This document shows positions 46,353-56,699 of a stretch of 64,000 nucleotides of DNA, piece by piece. The translations under genes and the position numbers were made by a program. The notes under the pieces were generated by a model. It worked only from the letters and a program-made list of their open reading frames with translations, was not told where the DNA came from and did not search any database. This DNA comes from an uncultured Dehalococcoidales bacterium (GTDB taxonomy: Bacteria > Chloroflexota > Dehalococcoidia > Dehalococcoidales > UBA5760). Every line of letters starts with the position of its first letter. The first letter of the stretch is position 1. The DNA is taken from assembly GCA_964472625.1 (NCBI GenBank), contig CAYYLM010000005.1:15576-79575 (forward strand), in the 5' to 3' direction.

Positions 46353-46976
46353 ATGCACAGCATCTTTAGTCGCCTTAAGCCGCCGGGTGGCACGGGGAAA
46401 AGAGACTGGCTGGGTGTAGTCCTCAAAGGGAGGGCGCTCCCGATACTGGGTATTACCCTGGTCGTGGTCATTACGGTTGGCATCTTTCTATATCGCGACC
46501 GGATTAGCGAGCTCGGGGTCTTGGGCTATCCCGGAGTCTTTGTGGTCAGCATGGTGTGGAACTCTACCGTGCTGGTGCCGATTCCCAGTTTCTGGACCTA
46601 TTTCTTTCTGGGTCAAATGTTTCAGCCGGCCCTGGTCGGGCTGGCTGGGGGGAGCGGAGCGGCGGTTGGTGAGCTGACTAGTTACCTAGCCGGGTATAGC
46701 GGACGGGTAATCCTGCAGGGGCAAAGGCGAATAAAGATGTACGATCGGGTGGAGAACTGGGTAAAGAAGTGGGGCTTTATTGTTATCTTTGGGTTTAACC
46801 TGGTGCCCTTCTTCCCCTTTGACCTAGTGGGGATAGCGGCTGGGGCCACCCGTTTCCCGCTGTGGAAGTTCTATCTTGCATGTCTGGCGGGCAGAACCTT
46901 ATCTTATGGTTTTATCGCTTGGTTTGGCTCTCAGGGGTGGGTGCCCCCGTTACCGTTTCTTAATCCTCCAGAGTAA
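46353..46976 (+). CDS. DedA/VTT-superfamily membrane protein (YqaA-like)
   Basis: 207 aa with multiple TM helices. GLAGGSGAAVGELTSYLAGYSGR resembles the YqaA/SNARE-associated-domain glycine-rich motif. Confidence 0.6.
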   Translation: MHSIFSRLKPPGGTGKRDWLGVVLKGRALPILGITLVVVITVGIFLYRDRISELGVLGYPGVFVVSMVWNSTVLVPIPSFWTYFFLGQMFQPALVGLAGGSGAAVGELTSYLAGYSGRVILQGQRRIKMYDRVENWVKKWGFIVIFGFNLVPFFPFDLVGIAAGATRFPLWKFYLACLAGRTLSYGFIAWFGSQGWVPPLPFLNPPE

Positions 46977-48209
46977 TACTGAGCTGGCAATAAGAGAGGC
47001 AAAAGAGGTTGAGAGCATCGCAGTGTAGCCCAGCCCGAATTGGCGGGCGTTAAAGAAGTCAATCATTGGCCCTTTGAGGCGGGCGAGGGCTGAGCCGCCG
47101 GCTGAAGCCAGATTGGTGAGGCCGATATACTTCCCGGCCTCACCCTTGGGAACCACGTCTACGGCCAGCGCCCAGTTGGTGCTCATCAGGCCGCCGAAGC
47201 CAATCCCCATCAGGATGGCACTGGTCAGGATGAACTGGTCGCTACGGAAGAAGAAGAGGAGTCCGATTCCCAGAGCGCCGATGAGTCCGGAAATAAGGCC
47301 AATGGATCTGCGCCCGAACCTGTCAGACAGGTGCCCGGCCGGGTAGACCATGCCGAGCATGCACAGGGAAGACACCAGGGTGAAGCTGCCCATGACGGCA
47401 GCCGGATTGGCGACCCCGAGATAGTCCCGGAAGAAGTAAAGCCCGAATGCCTGGAAGGCAGTCAGGGGAACGACGAAGAAGAGGCGGCACAGTACAAAGC
47501 GGATGAAATCAGGGTTTGCCTGAATGTCAATCCGGAAAGTTTTACGCAGGATCGATACCAGAGGTAGCTTGGGCCCACCGGCTCCAGGTGGCTCCTTAAC
47601 CAGAAACACGGTGGCGAGCATGGTGCCCAGAAAGACGGCACCCAGTATCCCTAGGCTCAGCCAGAGCCACCGGCTTCCCTCACCAAGAGAATAGTTCCCC
47701 ATTAGCTGACCTACTGCCCAGATGGCGATGCCCGCCCCCGCTATCTCGAGCAGTCCCTTCACCCCGGAGGCTAGTCCCCTTTTTCCCTCTGGTACTAGAT
47801 CGGGGAAAAGGGTGAGATAGGGCCCCAGCGCGGTATTGGCGCTAATCTGCAGCAGGTAGTAGATGGCAAAGAGGACGGCTAGGCTACCGGCTAGGCTGAT
47901 GCCGGGCAGAAACGCTAGCGTCAGTATCGCCCCGATGAGGATATAGGGTCGCCTTCGTCCCCATCTTGAGCCAGAGCGGTCGCTCATGGCGCCGGCTATG
48001 GGCTGGGTAACTATCGCCAGGATGAGGCCGGTAACGGTAAGCAGCCCGAGGTAGGTAGCCTGTCGGCCCGCCGGAACGAAGTCAGCGATGCGCAGGGGCA
48101 GAATGATGCTGTGCAGGCTGCTCCATAGCGCCGTCATCGCCAGGCCAAAGATGGTAATCTTGGCATAATCGAGGGGGCGAAACTCTCCCTTCTTGACGCT
48201 GGCATCCAT
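46950..48209 (-). CDS. MFS transporter
   Basis: 419 aa with about 12 predicted TM helices. MFS loop motifs are GAMSDRSGSRWGRRRP and LSDRFGRR. Confidence 0.8.
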   Translation of the reverse strand: MDASVKKGEFRPLDYAKITIFGLAMTALWSSLHSIILPLRIADFVPAGRQATYLGLLTVTGLILAIVTQPIAGAMSDRSGSRWGRRRPYILIGAILTLAFLPGISLAGSLAVLFAIYYLLQISANTALGPYLTLFPDLVPEGKRGLASGVKGLLEIAGAGIAIWAVGQLMGNYSLGEGSRWLWLSLGILGAVFLGTMLATVFLVKEPPGAGGPKLPLVSILRKTFRIDIQANPDFIRFVLCRLFFVVPLTAFQAFGLYFFRDYLGVANPAAVMGSFTLVSSLCMLGMVYPAGHLSDRFGRRSIGLISGLIGALGIGLLFFFRSDQFILTSAILMGIGFGGLMSTNWALAVDVVPKGEAGKYIGLTNLASAGGSALARLKGPMIDFFNARQFGLGYTAMLSTSFASLIASSVLLWRIKKR

Positions 48210-48362
48210 ATCTTGGCGGACCTCTAGCTAGTTACGGTTAAAGCATAGCAGAGGCAGGGCCACGAAACAATACGGTAATTTAGCCACGGTGCTTACAGCT
48301 CAAGTTTGCTTTTGTCCGATGCCATCAGCTATACTTTGGGGAGTCTGTGCCGGGGTTATCTT

Positions 48363-49406
48363 ATGAGTGAAATCAAGTCTCCTTATCTGGTGGATTGGGC
48401 AATAACCGGAAAGTGTGACCTTAGCTGCCGCCACTGCCGCGGTTTTCCTGAAGGAGAAATCTCTACGGCTAGAGCCAGCCGGCTCACCAGTGAGATAGCC
48501 GAGCTTAAGCCCGGCTGGGTGATTATTGAGGGCGGCGAGCCATTGCTGCGGGAGGACATCTTTGAGTTGTTGGGCTTGCTGCGAGAGCGTGGGCTTGAGG
48601 TTCACCTGATTACCAATGGTATGCTGATAAGCCCGGAGATAGTTAGCGGCCTTAAGCGGCTTGGGATAAGGGTGATGGTGAGCATTGATGGCGCCACCCC
48701 GGAAACCTATGAGAGGGTGAGACACGGCGCCAGCTTTGAGCAGGTGGTTCGCTCAGCGCGCGAATATGCCAGGGCCGGACTTCTGGAAGCAATTAACTTC
48801 TCTATTTTGAGGATGAACTACCCGGAAATAACGGCGGTTTTCAGATTGGCAAGCTCAATTGGGGCACCCAAGGTTACCCTGATCGGGCTTAAGCCGTGTG
48901 AGGACTATGCTGCCGAGCTTCTCTCTCCTCGAGAGTACAAAGAGGCCATCAGGCTTACCTGCCAGGCAGCACAGGAAACGGGGATTGAGTTTTTCTTTGA
49001 CGAGCCCTTCTTCTGGGCTACGGTGAAGGAGCGTAAGCTTAGCGCCAGGCTGCCAGACGAAGGTGCTGGCATCGTCGTTGCCGCTACCTCAGCCTGTGCC
49101 TTTGGCGACTACATTTTTATTGAGGTTAACGGCGATGTCAAGCCCTGCAGCTATACCTCGATGGTCGTCGGTAACGTCAGTGAAAAGTCACTGGTTAGAA
49201 TCTGGGATGAGATGCTGGCCTCCCGACTTATTAACCAGATTAAAGACCCGAAGACTAGAACCGGAGCCTGTCTCAATTGTAGATATCTGGAGGAGTGTAA
49301 GGGGTGTCGCTCCCGCACCTTTGCCCTTACCGGTGACTGGTTTGCCTCTGATCCCGTCTGCCCTTTGCACACTAAGATAACTTCAGTTAAGGAGGGGATT
49401 AAGTGA
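48363..49406 (+). CDS. Radical SAM enzyme with C-terminal SPASM domain
   Basis: The radical SAM site is WAITGKCDLSCRHCRG (CxxxCxxC), with GGEPLL. The SPASM Cys motifs are CAFGDYIFIEVNGDVKPCSY, GACLNCRYLEECKGCRSR and DPVCP. The ORF is open from 48306. The ATG at 48363 gives a typical N-terminus. Confidence 0.85.
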   Translation: MSEIKSPYLVDWAITGKCDLSCRHCRGFPEGEISTARASRLTSEIAELKPGWVIIEGGEPLLREDIFELLGLLRERGLEVHLITNGMLISPEIVSGLKRLGIRVMVSIDGATPETYERVRHGASFEQVVRSAREYARAGLLEAINFSILRMNYPEITAVFRLASSIGAPKVTLIGLKPCEDYAAELLSPREYKEAIRLTCQAAQETGIEFFFDEPFFWATVKERKLSARLPDEGAGIVVAATSACAFGDYIFIEVNGDVKPCSYTSMVVGNVSEKSLVRIWDEMLASRLINQIKDPKTRTGACLNCRYLEECKGCRSRTFALTGDWFASDPVCPLHTKITSVKEGIK

Positions 49407-50458
49407 GAGTTATTGGGATTGACCCGGGAACAGGCAGCTTTGATTTCTTTGGTATGGAGGGGGAGGAGGTTATCATAGATACTACCGTGCCGGTGCCTGA
49501 GGTTGCCCGGAACCCCAAGGTGCTCCTGGATACCGTAAGAAGTGTTTTCCCACTGGATATGATCGTCGGCCCTTCTGGTTATGGCATGCCGGTAACCCCG
49601 ATCAAGGGTATCACCGAGCGGCAACTAACGATGATGGTGCCCGATGACAAGAGCATCCCGCTATATGATGGTATCCGGATGGTGGTTCGGCTGATGCAGA
49701 AAGAGGGCTTCCCCCTCTATTTCACCCCGGGGGTAATTCATCTCCCCACCGTACCCCTCTACCGCAAGGCGAACAAGATGGACATGGGCACCGCCGATAA
49801 GGTCTGCTGCACCGTCCTGGCGGTGAGAGATCAGGCAGAGCGCTACGGCATTGATTACACGGAGACCTCCTTTATCCTGGCTGAGGTCGGCTATGCCTTT
49901 AACGCCGTCATCGGGGTTAAGGGGGGTAAGATAGTCGATGGGCTGGGAGGGACCGCCGGTGGCCCCGGGTTTATCACCGTGGGTAACATGGACTCCGAGC
50001 TGGCGGTGAGGTTGGGAAAGTTTCCTGGGGTGGTGCTTTATAGTGGCGGGGCCAAAGACGTGAGTGGCCAGGAGGATTTAACCCCCGAGGAGCTAGCACG
50101 CCATCCCGAGAGATACGCTGGCGCCTGGAACATGCTCCTAGAGAGCATTGCCAAAGGCGTAGCGGCGATGATGGTTAGCGTGGCCAAGCCGAGGGAGATT
50201 CTCCTTTCCGGCCGGCTTTCCCGGGTTCCCGAGATTGCCCGGGCGCTGGAGGTTAAGCTGGCTCAATTTGGAAAGGTGCGTCGGCTGGGGAGGCAGGCTA
50301 GAATCGCCAAGGAGGCAGCGGAAGGAGCCTATATTATCGGGGAGGGGTTAATGGGTGGCAAGTATCAGGGCATTATTGACTCTCTGGAGCTTAAGGGCGC
50401 CCGCGGCACAATGTATGATTATGTCCTGCTCAAAGGGGTTAAGGTCGAGCGGCCGTAG
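49403..50458 (+). CDS. DUF1464-family ASKHA-fold (sugar-kinase/Hsp70/actin, butyrate-kinase-like) protein
   Basis: 351 aa with MRVIGIDPGTGSFD (phosphate-1), DMGTADK and GLGGTAGGPGF. The GTG start overlaps the radical SAM stop (GTGA). Confidence 0.7.
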   Translation: MRVIGIDPGTGSFDFFGMEGEEVIIDTTVPVPEVARNPKVLLDTVRSVFPLDMIVGPSGYGMPVTPIKGITERQLTMMVPDDKSIPLYDGIRMVVRLMQKEGFPLYFTPGVIHLPTVPLYRKANKMDMGTADKVCCTVLAVRDQAERYGIDYTETSFILAEVGYAFNAVIGVKGGKIVDGLGGTAGGPGFITVGNMDSELAVRLGKFPGVVLYSGGAKDVSGQEDLTPEELARHPERYAGAWNMLLESIAKGVAAMMVSVAKPREILLSGRLSRVPEIARALEVKLAQFGKVRRLGRQARIAKEAAEGAYIIGEGLMGGKYQGIIDSLELKGARGTMYDYVLLKGVKVERP

Positions 50459-50578
50459 GCATTTCTTTTAAAGTCTCCCCATTTGAGCTTGTTGCGAAAC
50501 TCTCCCTATAATGAGTGCTTATCATCGTCACAGTCCCGCCTATTCATTAAAGGAGAGGCAATCCTCAACATCTTTATT

Positions 50579-50608
50579 TTCAACCCCTCTCTTTGGCTGT
50601 GCTATAAT
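50579..50608 (+). promoter_or_regulatory. Putative prfA promoter TTCAAC-N18-TGC-TATAAT
   Basis: A perfect TATAAT lies at 50603-50608 with a TGn extension, 18 nt upstream of the ATG at 50627. The 12-mer CTGTGCTATAAT is shared with the gyrB promoter. A second TTGAGC-N18-TATAAT lies at about 50484-50513. Confidence 0.5.
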
Positions 50609-50626
50609 ATTCGTGGTGAAGTAATT

Positions 50627-51703
50627 ATGGGTATGCTAGACAGGCTGGCTGAAATCGAGAAGCGTTACCAGGAGCTGGCTGGTGAGATGGCACGTCCCGA
50701 GGTAGCCTCGGATGTCAGGCGGCTGCAGGCACTGGCGCAGGAGAGAGCCAGTGTCGAAGACCTGGTGACCAAGTACCGGGAGTATAAGGCTACCGCCAGG
50801 TCTCTTAAAGAGACCAGGGCTATGCTGAGCGACAGCTTGGACGAGGAGATGCGGGCTCTGGTTAAGCAGGAGATAGAGGGCCTGGAAGCAAAACAGGAGC
50901 TTCTGCTCTCCGAGCTAAGGCTGGGCCTTTTGCCCAAGGATGCCAACGATGAGCGAGACGTCATCATGGAGATTCGGGCTGGGGCAGGGGGTGACGAAGC
51001 GGCCCTGTTCGCCGCTGACCTCTTCCGGATGTACAGCCGCTATGCTCAATCTAAGGGCTGGGCGGTAGACATTATTGACCGTAATGCGAGCTCAATTGGT
51101 GGCTTTAAGGAAATCATATGTGAGGTGAAGGGTCGGGGTGCTTTCAGCCGTCTCAAGTATGAGCGTGGCGTCCACCGAGTACAGCGGGTACCGGTTACCG
51201 AGTCTTCGGGGAGGATTCATACCTCGACGGCAACCGTAGCCGTTCTCCCTGAGGCAAACGAGGTGGAGGTGGTGGTTAACCCCGATGACTTAAAGATTGA
51301 CTTTTACCACAGCCGTGGGGCGGGGGGACAGAATGTCAATAAGGTAGCCACTGCGGTGCGTCTAACTCACCTGCCGACGGGCATCGTAACTACCTGTCAG
51401 GACGAGCGTTCCCAGCTCCGGAACCGGCAGAAGGCGATGGCGGTGCTCCGGGCTCGACTATTGGATATTGAGCAGCGTAAACAGGAAGAGGCGATAACTG
51501 CTCAGCGCCGCTCGCAGGTGGGTAGCGGAGACCGGTCGGAAAAGATACGGACCTATAACTTTCCTCAGGATCGGATTACTGACCATCGTATCGGTCTCAG
51601 CCTCCATAGCCTGCCCCAGGTTCTGGAGGGCGAGCTGGACCAGCTGATTGACGCCTTGGCTACCGATGAGCAGGCAAAACAGTTAGAAAAGCAACTGGTA
51701 TGA
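50627..51703 (+). CDS. prfA: Peptide chain release factor 1
   Basis: [17 protein letters not shown] is the N-terminus. The PVT tripeptide region is [17 protein letters not shown] and the GGQ motif is [12 protein letters not shown]. The upstream part of the tracked ORF (50483-) is low-complexity and overlaps the promoter. Confidence 0.95.
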   Translation: MGMLDRLAEIEKRYQELAGEMARPEVASDVRRLQALAQERASVEDLVTKYREYKATARSLKETRAMLSDSLDEEMRALVKQEIEGLEAKQELLLSELRLGLLPKDANDERDVIMEIRAGAGGDEAALFAADLFRMYSRYAQSKGWAVDIIDRNASSIGGFKEIICEVKGRGAFSRLKYERGVHRVQRVPVTESSGRIHTSTATVAVLPEANEVEVVVNPDDLKIDFYHSRGAGGQNVNKVATAVRLTHLPTGIVTTCQDERSQLRNRQKAMAVLRARLLDIEQRKQEEAITAQRRSQVGSGDRSEKIRTYNFPQDRITDHRIGLSLHSLPQVLEGELDQLIDALATDEQAKQLEKQLV

Positions 51704-52575
51704 AGCTTAATCAGGCTCTCCATCAGGCAAGGGAGGTCCTTGCCCATCAAGACATCGAAGATTCTGCCTTAGAGTCCGAGCTGCTTTTGCGGCAGGCGCT
51801 GGGCATAAGCCGGGTTGAGCTCTATCAAGACCTTAACCGTGAGCTGAGCTCTGGGGAAGAGGCAGGTTTCGAGCGGCTGATTAGCCGCCGCCTGAGCGGG
51901 GAGCCGATAGCCTATATCACCGGGCACCGTGAGTTTTTCGGGCTTGATTTCTATGTTGACGCTAGGGTCTTAATCCCGCGACCGGAGACTGAGCTACTGG
52001 TAGAGAAGGCACTATCCCTTGCCCGGGAGCGACCGATAGCCACTATTGCGGATATTGGTACCGGCTCCGGTGCCATTGCTGTTAGTCTGGCGCTAAACCT
52101 CCCCCAGGCTAAAGTCTTTGCCACCGATGTCTCAGCGTCTGCTCTCAAGGTTGCTCGGTTTAACTCTCAGAGACACGGCGTATTGGATAGAGTCTGCCTC
52201 CGGCAGGGTGATCTGCTTAGCCCCTTGCCGGAGGCGGTTGACCTGATAATTGCCAACCTCCCTTACGTCAAGCAAGAAGAGGTCTCTCGGCGAGGCCTGG
52301 CCAGTTTTGAGCCTGAGCTAGCGCTAGCCGGGGGTTACGATGGGCTGGGGAAGATACGAGAGTTATGCCATAAGCTGGACGATAGGCTTTCTCCCGGGGG
52401 TAGCCTGCTTCTTGAGGTGGGGATAGGTCAGAGCTGGGCCGTAGCCAGTCTGCTGCATAGTCTCTTCCCTTTCACCAAGATCGAAATCACCCCTGATTTA
52501 AGCGGTATTGACCGCGTGATAAGTCTAACTCTGGGTTTGACACCAGTCTGCCCTGATGCTAAACTATCTTGCTAG
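51700..52575 (+). CDS. prmC: Release-factor glutamine N5-methyltransferase PrmC/HemK
   Basis: The SAM site is [11 protein letters not shown] and the catalytic motif is ANLPYV (an NPPY variant). An ATGA overlap couples it to prfA. Confidence 0.9.
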   Translation: MKLNQALHQAREVLAHQDIEDSALESELLLRQALGISRVELYQDLNRELSSGEEAGFERLISRRLSGEPIAYITGHREFFGLDFYVDARVLIPRPETELLVEKALSLARERPIATIADIGTGSGAIAVSLALNLPQAKVFATDVSASALKVARFNSQRHGVLDRVCLRQGDLLSPLPEAVDLIIANLPYVKQEEVSRRGLASFEPELALAGGYDGLGKIRELCHKLDDRLSPGGSLLLEVGIGQSWAVASLLHSLFPFTKIEITPDLSGIDRVISLTLGLTPVCPDAKLSC

Positions 52576-52641
52576 GCTTTCAGCCTAAGCCCACCGCTAG
52601 AAGTCCAAGAATAAATTCTATAGAGAGGGGTTACGGATGCT

Positions 52642-53442
52642 ATGAACATGATAGTCTGTGTTAAGCAGGTGATTGACCCTGAGGCGCCGCCGGCCAGCTT
52701 CAAGGTTGATGCCGCTAAGAACACGGTAACGCTACCGCCGAGCATATCGCCGGTAATCGATCCTTACGCTGAATATGCGGTGGAGGCAGCCCTGAGAATC
52801 AGAGATGCCCAGGATGGTAAGATCACCGCCATAAGCCTAGGCACTAACCTCTTACGGGATGTGGTCAAGAAGCCACTTTCTATGGGGGCTGATGAGCTTA
52901 TCCTGCTTGAAGACGAGTCCTTTAGTGATGGTGATAGCTACTCAACAGCCTATGCCCTGGCCATGGCCATCAAGAAGGTTGGTGACTACGATCTCATCTT
53001 CTGCGGTCGGCAGGCTTCTGACTGGGATGCCGGGCAGGTGGGCTTGGGTATTGCTGAGGTATTGGGCCTGCCCAGTGTAACCCTGGCCCAGAAAATAGAG
53101 GTCACCGACGGCAAGGCGAGGGTGGAGAGAGTCACCGATGATGGTTATGAGGTGATTAGCGTAGCTTTACCGGCCGTGATTACGGTAAGTAACGAACTTG
53201 GGGAGCCTCGCTATCCCACCATAAAGGGGATCATGGCTGCCAAGAAGAAGGAGCCGGTTATCTGGAAACCGGCTGATATTGGGGCTACGCCGGCTCAGGT
53301 TGGGGCTTCAGGTCGGCGCACTAAACTCATGAAGCTGTTTCAACCGGTTCGCGAGGGGAAGTGTGAGATTATGGAGGGAGAGACCCCTGAAGAGGCAGCG
53401 GCTAATCTAGCCCTGAAGCTCAGGGAGGCTAAAGTAGTATGA
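52642..53442 (+). CDS. etfB: Electron transfer flavoprotein, beta subunit
   Basis: 266 aa with MNMIVCVKQVIDPE, DLIFCGRQASDWDAGQVG and PRYPTIKGIMAAKKK. Confidence 0.9.
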   Translation: MNMIVCVKQVIDPEAPPASFKVDAAKNTVTLPPSISPVIDPYAEYAVEAALRIRDAQDGKITAISLGTNLLRDVVKKPLSMGADELILLEDESFSDGDSYSTAYALAMAIKKVGDYDLIFCGRQASDWDAGQVGLGIAEVLGLPSVTLAQKIEVTDGKARVERVTDDGYEVISVALPAVITVSNELGEPRYPTIKGIMAAKKKEPVIWKPADIGATPAQVGASGRRTKLMKLFQPVREGKCEIMEGETPEEAAANLALKLREAKVV

Positions 53443-53475
53443 AAATCCTTTGGTTTGTTAAGGAGGCAGGTTCTA

Positions 53476-54474
53476 ATGGCGGAATATAATGGGGTTATGG
53501 TTTTCGGTGAAGCTAAGGAGGGGAAGCTAGCGGTAATCACCACCGAGCTTTTGGGTTGTGGTCGCCGGCTGGCAAGCGAACTAGGGCAGGAACTGTCGTG
53601 CCTTTTGGTCGGTAGTGATGTAAGCGGTCTGGCTCAAGAAGCGATTAGCTTTGGGGCTGATAAGGTATATGTGGTTAGCGATCCACTCCTTAAAAACTAC
53701 CAGACGGATACCTATGTTTTCGTTACGGAGAAAGTAGCCAAGCAGGTTATGCCCAAGATACTCCTGCTGGGGCATACCGCTCTCGGTCGTGACCTGGCCC
53801 CCCGGCTGGCTTTCCGACTGGGTACTGCACTTACTACCGACTGTGTCGAATTAGCTATTGACCCGGACTCAAAAGCGCTCCTTATGACTAAGCCAGTTTA
53901 CGGGGGTAATGCCCAGGCTATCTTCGCCAGTGAGTCCCTTCCCCAAATAGCTACGGTGAGGACTAAAGCCATGTCCCCCCTTGAGCGCGATGACTCAAGG
54001 CAGGGAGAGATAATTACTATTGAGGCTGGCTTAGACCCATCGTCCCTGAGAACGGAGTTTTTGGAGAGGGTGGTAGCTGAGGTGGAGGGGATAAGGCTCG
54101 AGGATGCCGAGGTCGTCGTTGCCGGTGGTCGGGGGATTGGTAGTGCTGAGGGCTTTGAGCAGCTGGAGGAACTGGCTAAGATACTGAAGGGAGCTGTGGG
54201 CGCCAGCCGACCGCCCTGTGATAATGGCTGGGTGCCATCCGGTTATCAGGTCGGTCTTACCGGTAAGATTATCGCCCCCGACCTTTATATTGCGGTAGCC
54301 ATATCCGGGGCCAGTCAGCACATAACCGGTTGTTCTGGTGCCAAGACGATTGTGGCCATCAATAAAGACCCGGAGTCAAACATCTTCCGGGAAGCCAGCT
54401 TTGGGGTGGTCGGGGACTGGAAAAAGGTGCTGCCCGCTTTCACTGCCAAGGTTAAGGAACTTCTCACCGATTAA
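53476..54474 (+). CDS. etfA: Electron transfer flavoprotein, alpha subunit
   Basis: The ATG follows AAGGAGG. The FAD-binding C-terminus has VVAGGRGIGSAEGF, GASRPPCDNGWVPSGYQVGLTGKIIAPDLYIAVAISGASQH. Confidence 0.9.
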   Translation: MAEYNGVMVFGEAKEGKLAVITTELLGCGRRLASELGQELSCLLVGSDVSGLAQEAISFGADKVYVVSDPLLKNYQTDTYVFVTEKVAKQVMPKILLLGHTALGRDLAPRLAFRLGTALTTDCVELAIDPDSKALLMTKPVYGGNAQAIFASESLPQIATVRTKAMSPLERDDSRQGEIITIEAGLDPSSLRTEFLERVVAEVEGIRLEDAEVVVAGGRGIGSAEGFEQLEELAKILKGAVGASRPPCDNGWVPSGYQVGLTGKIIAPDLYIAVAISGASQHITGCSGAKTIVAINKDPESNIFREASFGVVGDWKKVLPAFTAKVKELLTD

Positions 54475-54542
54475 ACTTAGCGCTGAGTATTAGGCATCGT
54501 TACCGAAGCTAACTAGGTGGAGTATGGGCGTGGGGTAGTCGT

Positions 54543-56603
54543 TTAGCCCTCCTTTTCGGCCTGCCTTTCGGCGATGATGCGCTGGCTGATTTGAGGTGGC
54601 GTCTCCTCGTAGTGGCTAAATTCGGCACTGAAGCTGCCCCGCCCCTGGGTTATTGACTTCAGGTCAATTGCGTAGCGCAGAATCTCAGCCTGCGGCACCT
54701 GGGCTTCAATAGCATTCATCCCATTCTCCGGGTTCATGCCCAGCACCCGGGCCCTTTTGGCGTTTAAGTCGCCGATAATATCACCTGTGAAGTCCTCAGG
54801 AACCCTTACCCGGAGGTTCATTATCGGTTCTAGGAGGATTGGTTGCCCCCCGGCTAGACCCCTCTTCAGTGCCCCGGCGCCAGCAATCTTGAAGCAGATG
54901 TCTGAGGAATCAACCGGGTGAAAGCTACCGTCGTAAAGGGTGGTTCTAATGTCTACCACCGGGTAGCGGGCTAGTGTGCCCTCACCGGCGGCTTCCTTAA
55001 CCCCCTTCTCGACCGACGGAATATAGTTCTTGGGGATGGTGCCGCCCACTATCCGGTCAATAAACTCGTGACCACTACCGCGGGGCAAGGGCTCTAGCTC
55101 CAGAAAGACGTGCCCGTACTGACCATGACCTCCGGTCTGTTTCTTGTGCTTATATTCGGCTTTGGCCGGTACGGTGATGGTCTCTTTATAGGGAACCTTG
55201 GGGGTCTTGAGCTCGACATTGACCCCGAATTTACGCTGCATCTTATCGGCGGCTACCTCCAGTTGAGTCTCACCGAGGCCAGATAGAATAGTTTCATTAG
55301 TATCTGCCTCTCGGTGAATCCGGAGAGTGGGGTCTTCCTCAATTATACGGGAGAGGGCTACCCCCAGCTTGTCTACGTCAGCCTTGGTCTTGGGGTGTAC
55401 TGCCTCGCCGAAGGCCGGCTCCGGGAATTGGGCTGGGGCGACTTTCAGCGGCTTATCGCGAGTGCCCAGAGTATCTCCGGTGTTGGTCAGGCTTAATTTG
55501 GCGACCCCGCCGATGTCCCCGGCGCTAAGCCGGGCTACCGGTTCCTGATTCTTACCCCTCAGGATGAAGAGCTGACCGAGGCGCTCCTGCTCCCCGCGCG
55601 TTGTGTTCCATACCTGGGAATTGCTCTCAATGGTGCCGCTGTAGACCCGAAAGTAGGTGAGCTTGCCGACATACGGGTCGGCGCTGGTCTTGAACACCAG
55701 GGCAGCCAGGGGACCGTCAGGGTTTGGCTTAATCCTCGGCTCACCTTTCTCAGCGAGAAGGATTACGTCCGGCTCTTTGGGTGAGGGTAGGTAGTGATGT
55801 ATCGTGTCGAGCAGCGGCTTAATGCCTATATTCTGGGTTGCCGAACCGGCGAGGATAGGTACAATCCGCCGGCTCACCACCCCCTCACGTAGGCCATTAG
55901 TTAGCTCCTCAAGGCTGAGTTCCTCACCACCGAGGTATTTCTCAATCAGCTCATCACTAGTCTCAGCGATGGCCTCAATCAGTTTCTCCCGAAAGGAGTT
56001 GACCTCGGTCTGTAGCGAAGAAGGTATCTCCCCCTCTTTAGGTGGGGCGCCGGTATAGCTTTTCAGGGTGATAAGGTCCACTATGCCTTGAAAATCGTGC
56101 TGAGCACCGATGGGTAGCTGGATGGGGGTACATTTAGAACCGAATTTTGCCTGAATCTGCTTTACCGTTTGGAAAAAGTCGGCATTCTCGCGATCCATTT
56201 TATTAACGAGGATGAGCTTGGCTAGGCTTGCCGCCTCACTGTATCCCCAGACCTGCTCCGTGCCGACCTCAACGCCGGAGGCGGCACAGACCGTAATTAC
56301 CGCTGCCTCGCTGACCCGGATGGCAGCTTTGACTTCGCCGACAAAGTCGGCATAGCCCGGGGTATCAAGCAGGTTTATCTTGACATCCTGCCACTCGGCG
56401 GGGAGTATGGTCAGGTTAAGACTAATCTTGCGCTTTATCTCATCAGGGTCATAATCTGAGACCGTCGTCCCGTCATCGACCCTACCCAGTCGGGTGGTGG
56501 CGCCAGCCGTAAACAGCGCTGCCTCAGCTAGTGATGTCTTGCCGGCACCACAATGAGATAGCAAAACGACGTTACGAATATTCTCCAGTCCATACTGTTT
56601 CAT
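54543..56603 (-). CDS. fusA: Elongation factor G family GTPase (stand-alone paralogue, not in an str operon)
   Basis: 686 aa with G motifs SHCGAGKTS, DTPGYADF and NKMD, followed by EF-G domains II-V. Confidence 0.9.
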   Translation of the reverse strand: MKQYGLENIRNVVLLSHCGAGKTSLAEAALFTAGATTRLGRVDDGTTVSDYDPDEIKRKISLNLTILPAEWQDVKINLLDTPGYADFVGEVKAAIRVSEAAVITVCAASGVEVGTEQVWGYSEAASLAKLILVNKMDRENADFFQTVKQIQAKFGSKCTPIQLPIGAQHDFQGIVDLITLKSYTGAPPKEGEIPSSLQTEVNSFREKLIEAIAETSDELIEKYLGGEELSLEELTNGLREGVVSRRIVPILAGSATQNIGIKPLLDTIHHYLPSPKEPDVILLAEKGEPRIKPNPDGPLAALVFKTSADPYVGKLTYFRVYSGTIESNSQVWNTTRGEQERLGQLFILRGKNQEPVARLSAGDIGGVAKLSLTNTGDTLGTRDKPLKVAPAQFPEPAFGEAVHPKTKADVDKLGVALSRIIEEDPTLRIHREADTNETILSGLGETQLEVAADKMQRKFGVNVELKTPKVPYKETITVPAKAEYKHKKQTGGHGQYGHVFLELEPLPRGSGHEFIDRIVGGTIPKNYIPSVEKGVKEAAGEGTLARYPVVDIRTTLYDGSFHPVDSSDICFKIAGAGALKRGLAGGQPILLEPIMNLRVRVPEDFTGDIIGDLNAKRARVLGMNPENGMNAIEAQVPQAEILRYAIDLKSITQGRGSFSAEFSHYEETPPQISQRIIAERQAEKEG

Positions 56604-56637
56604 CTAATCACCTGTTCTCCCTAGTTTATTCCCTCAT

Positions 56638-56667
56638 ATTATAGTCGTAGTTGGCTAGAGGCGGCAA
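56638..56667 (-). promoter_or_regulatory. Putative promoter TTGCCG-N18-TATAAT for the EF-G gene
   Basis: On the minus strand there is a perfect TATAAT (56643-56638), about 35 nt upstream of the ATG at 56603, which follows GGGAGAACAGG. Confidence 0.45.
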
Positions 56668-56699
56668 GTAACCCTGTCTTGGTTACTTATGCGTCTTGA

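Noticed and set aside
48319-48366. 15-codon ORF (MPSAILWGVCAGVIL) as a RiPP precursor for the SPASM radical SAM enzyme
   Set aside because: It is very short, has no recognisable leader/core organisation and no SD. A promoter-like TTGCTT-N18-TATACT overlaps it, which would place the TSS downstream of its ATG. I keep it only as a note inside the radical SAM finding.
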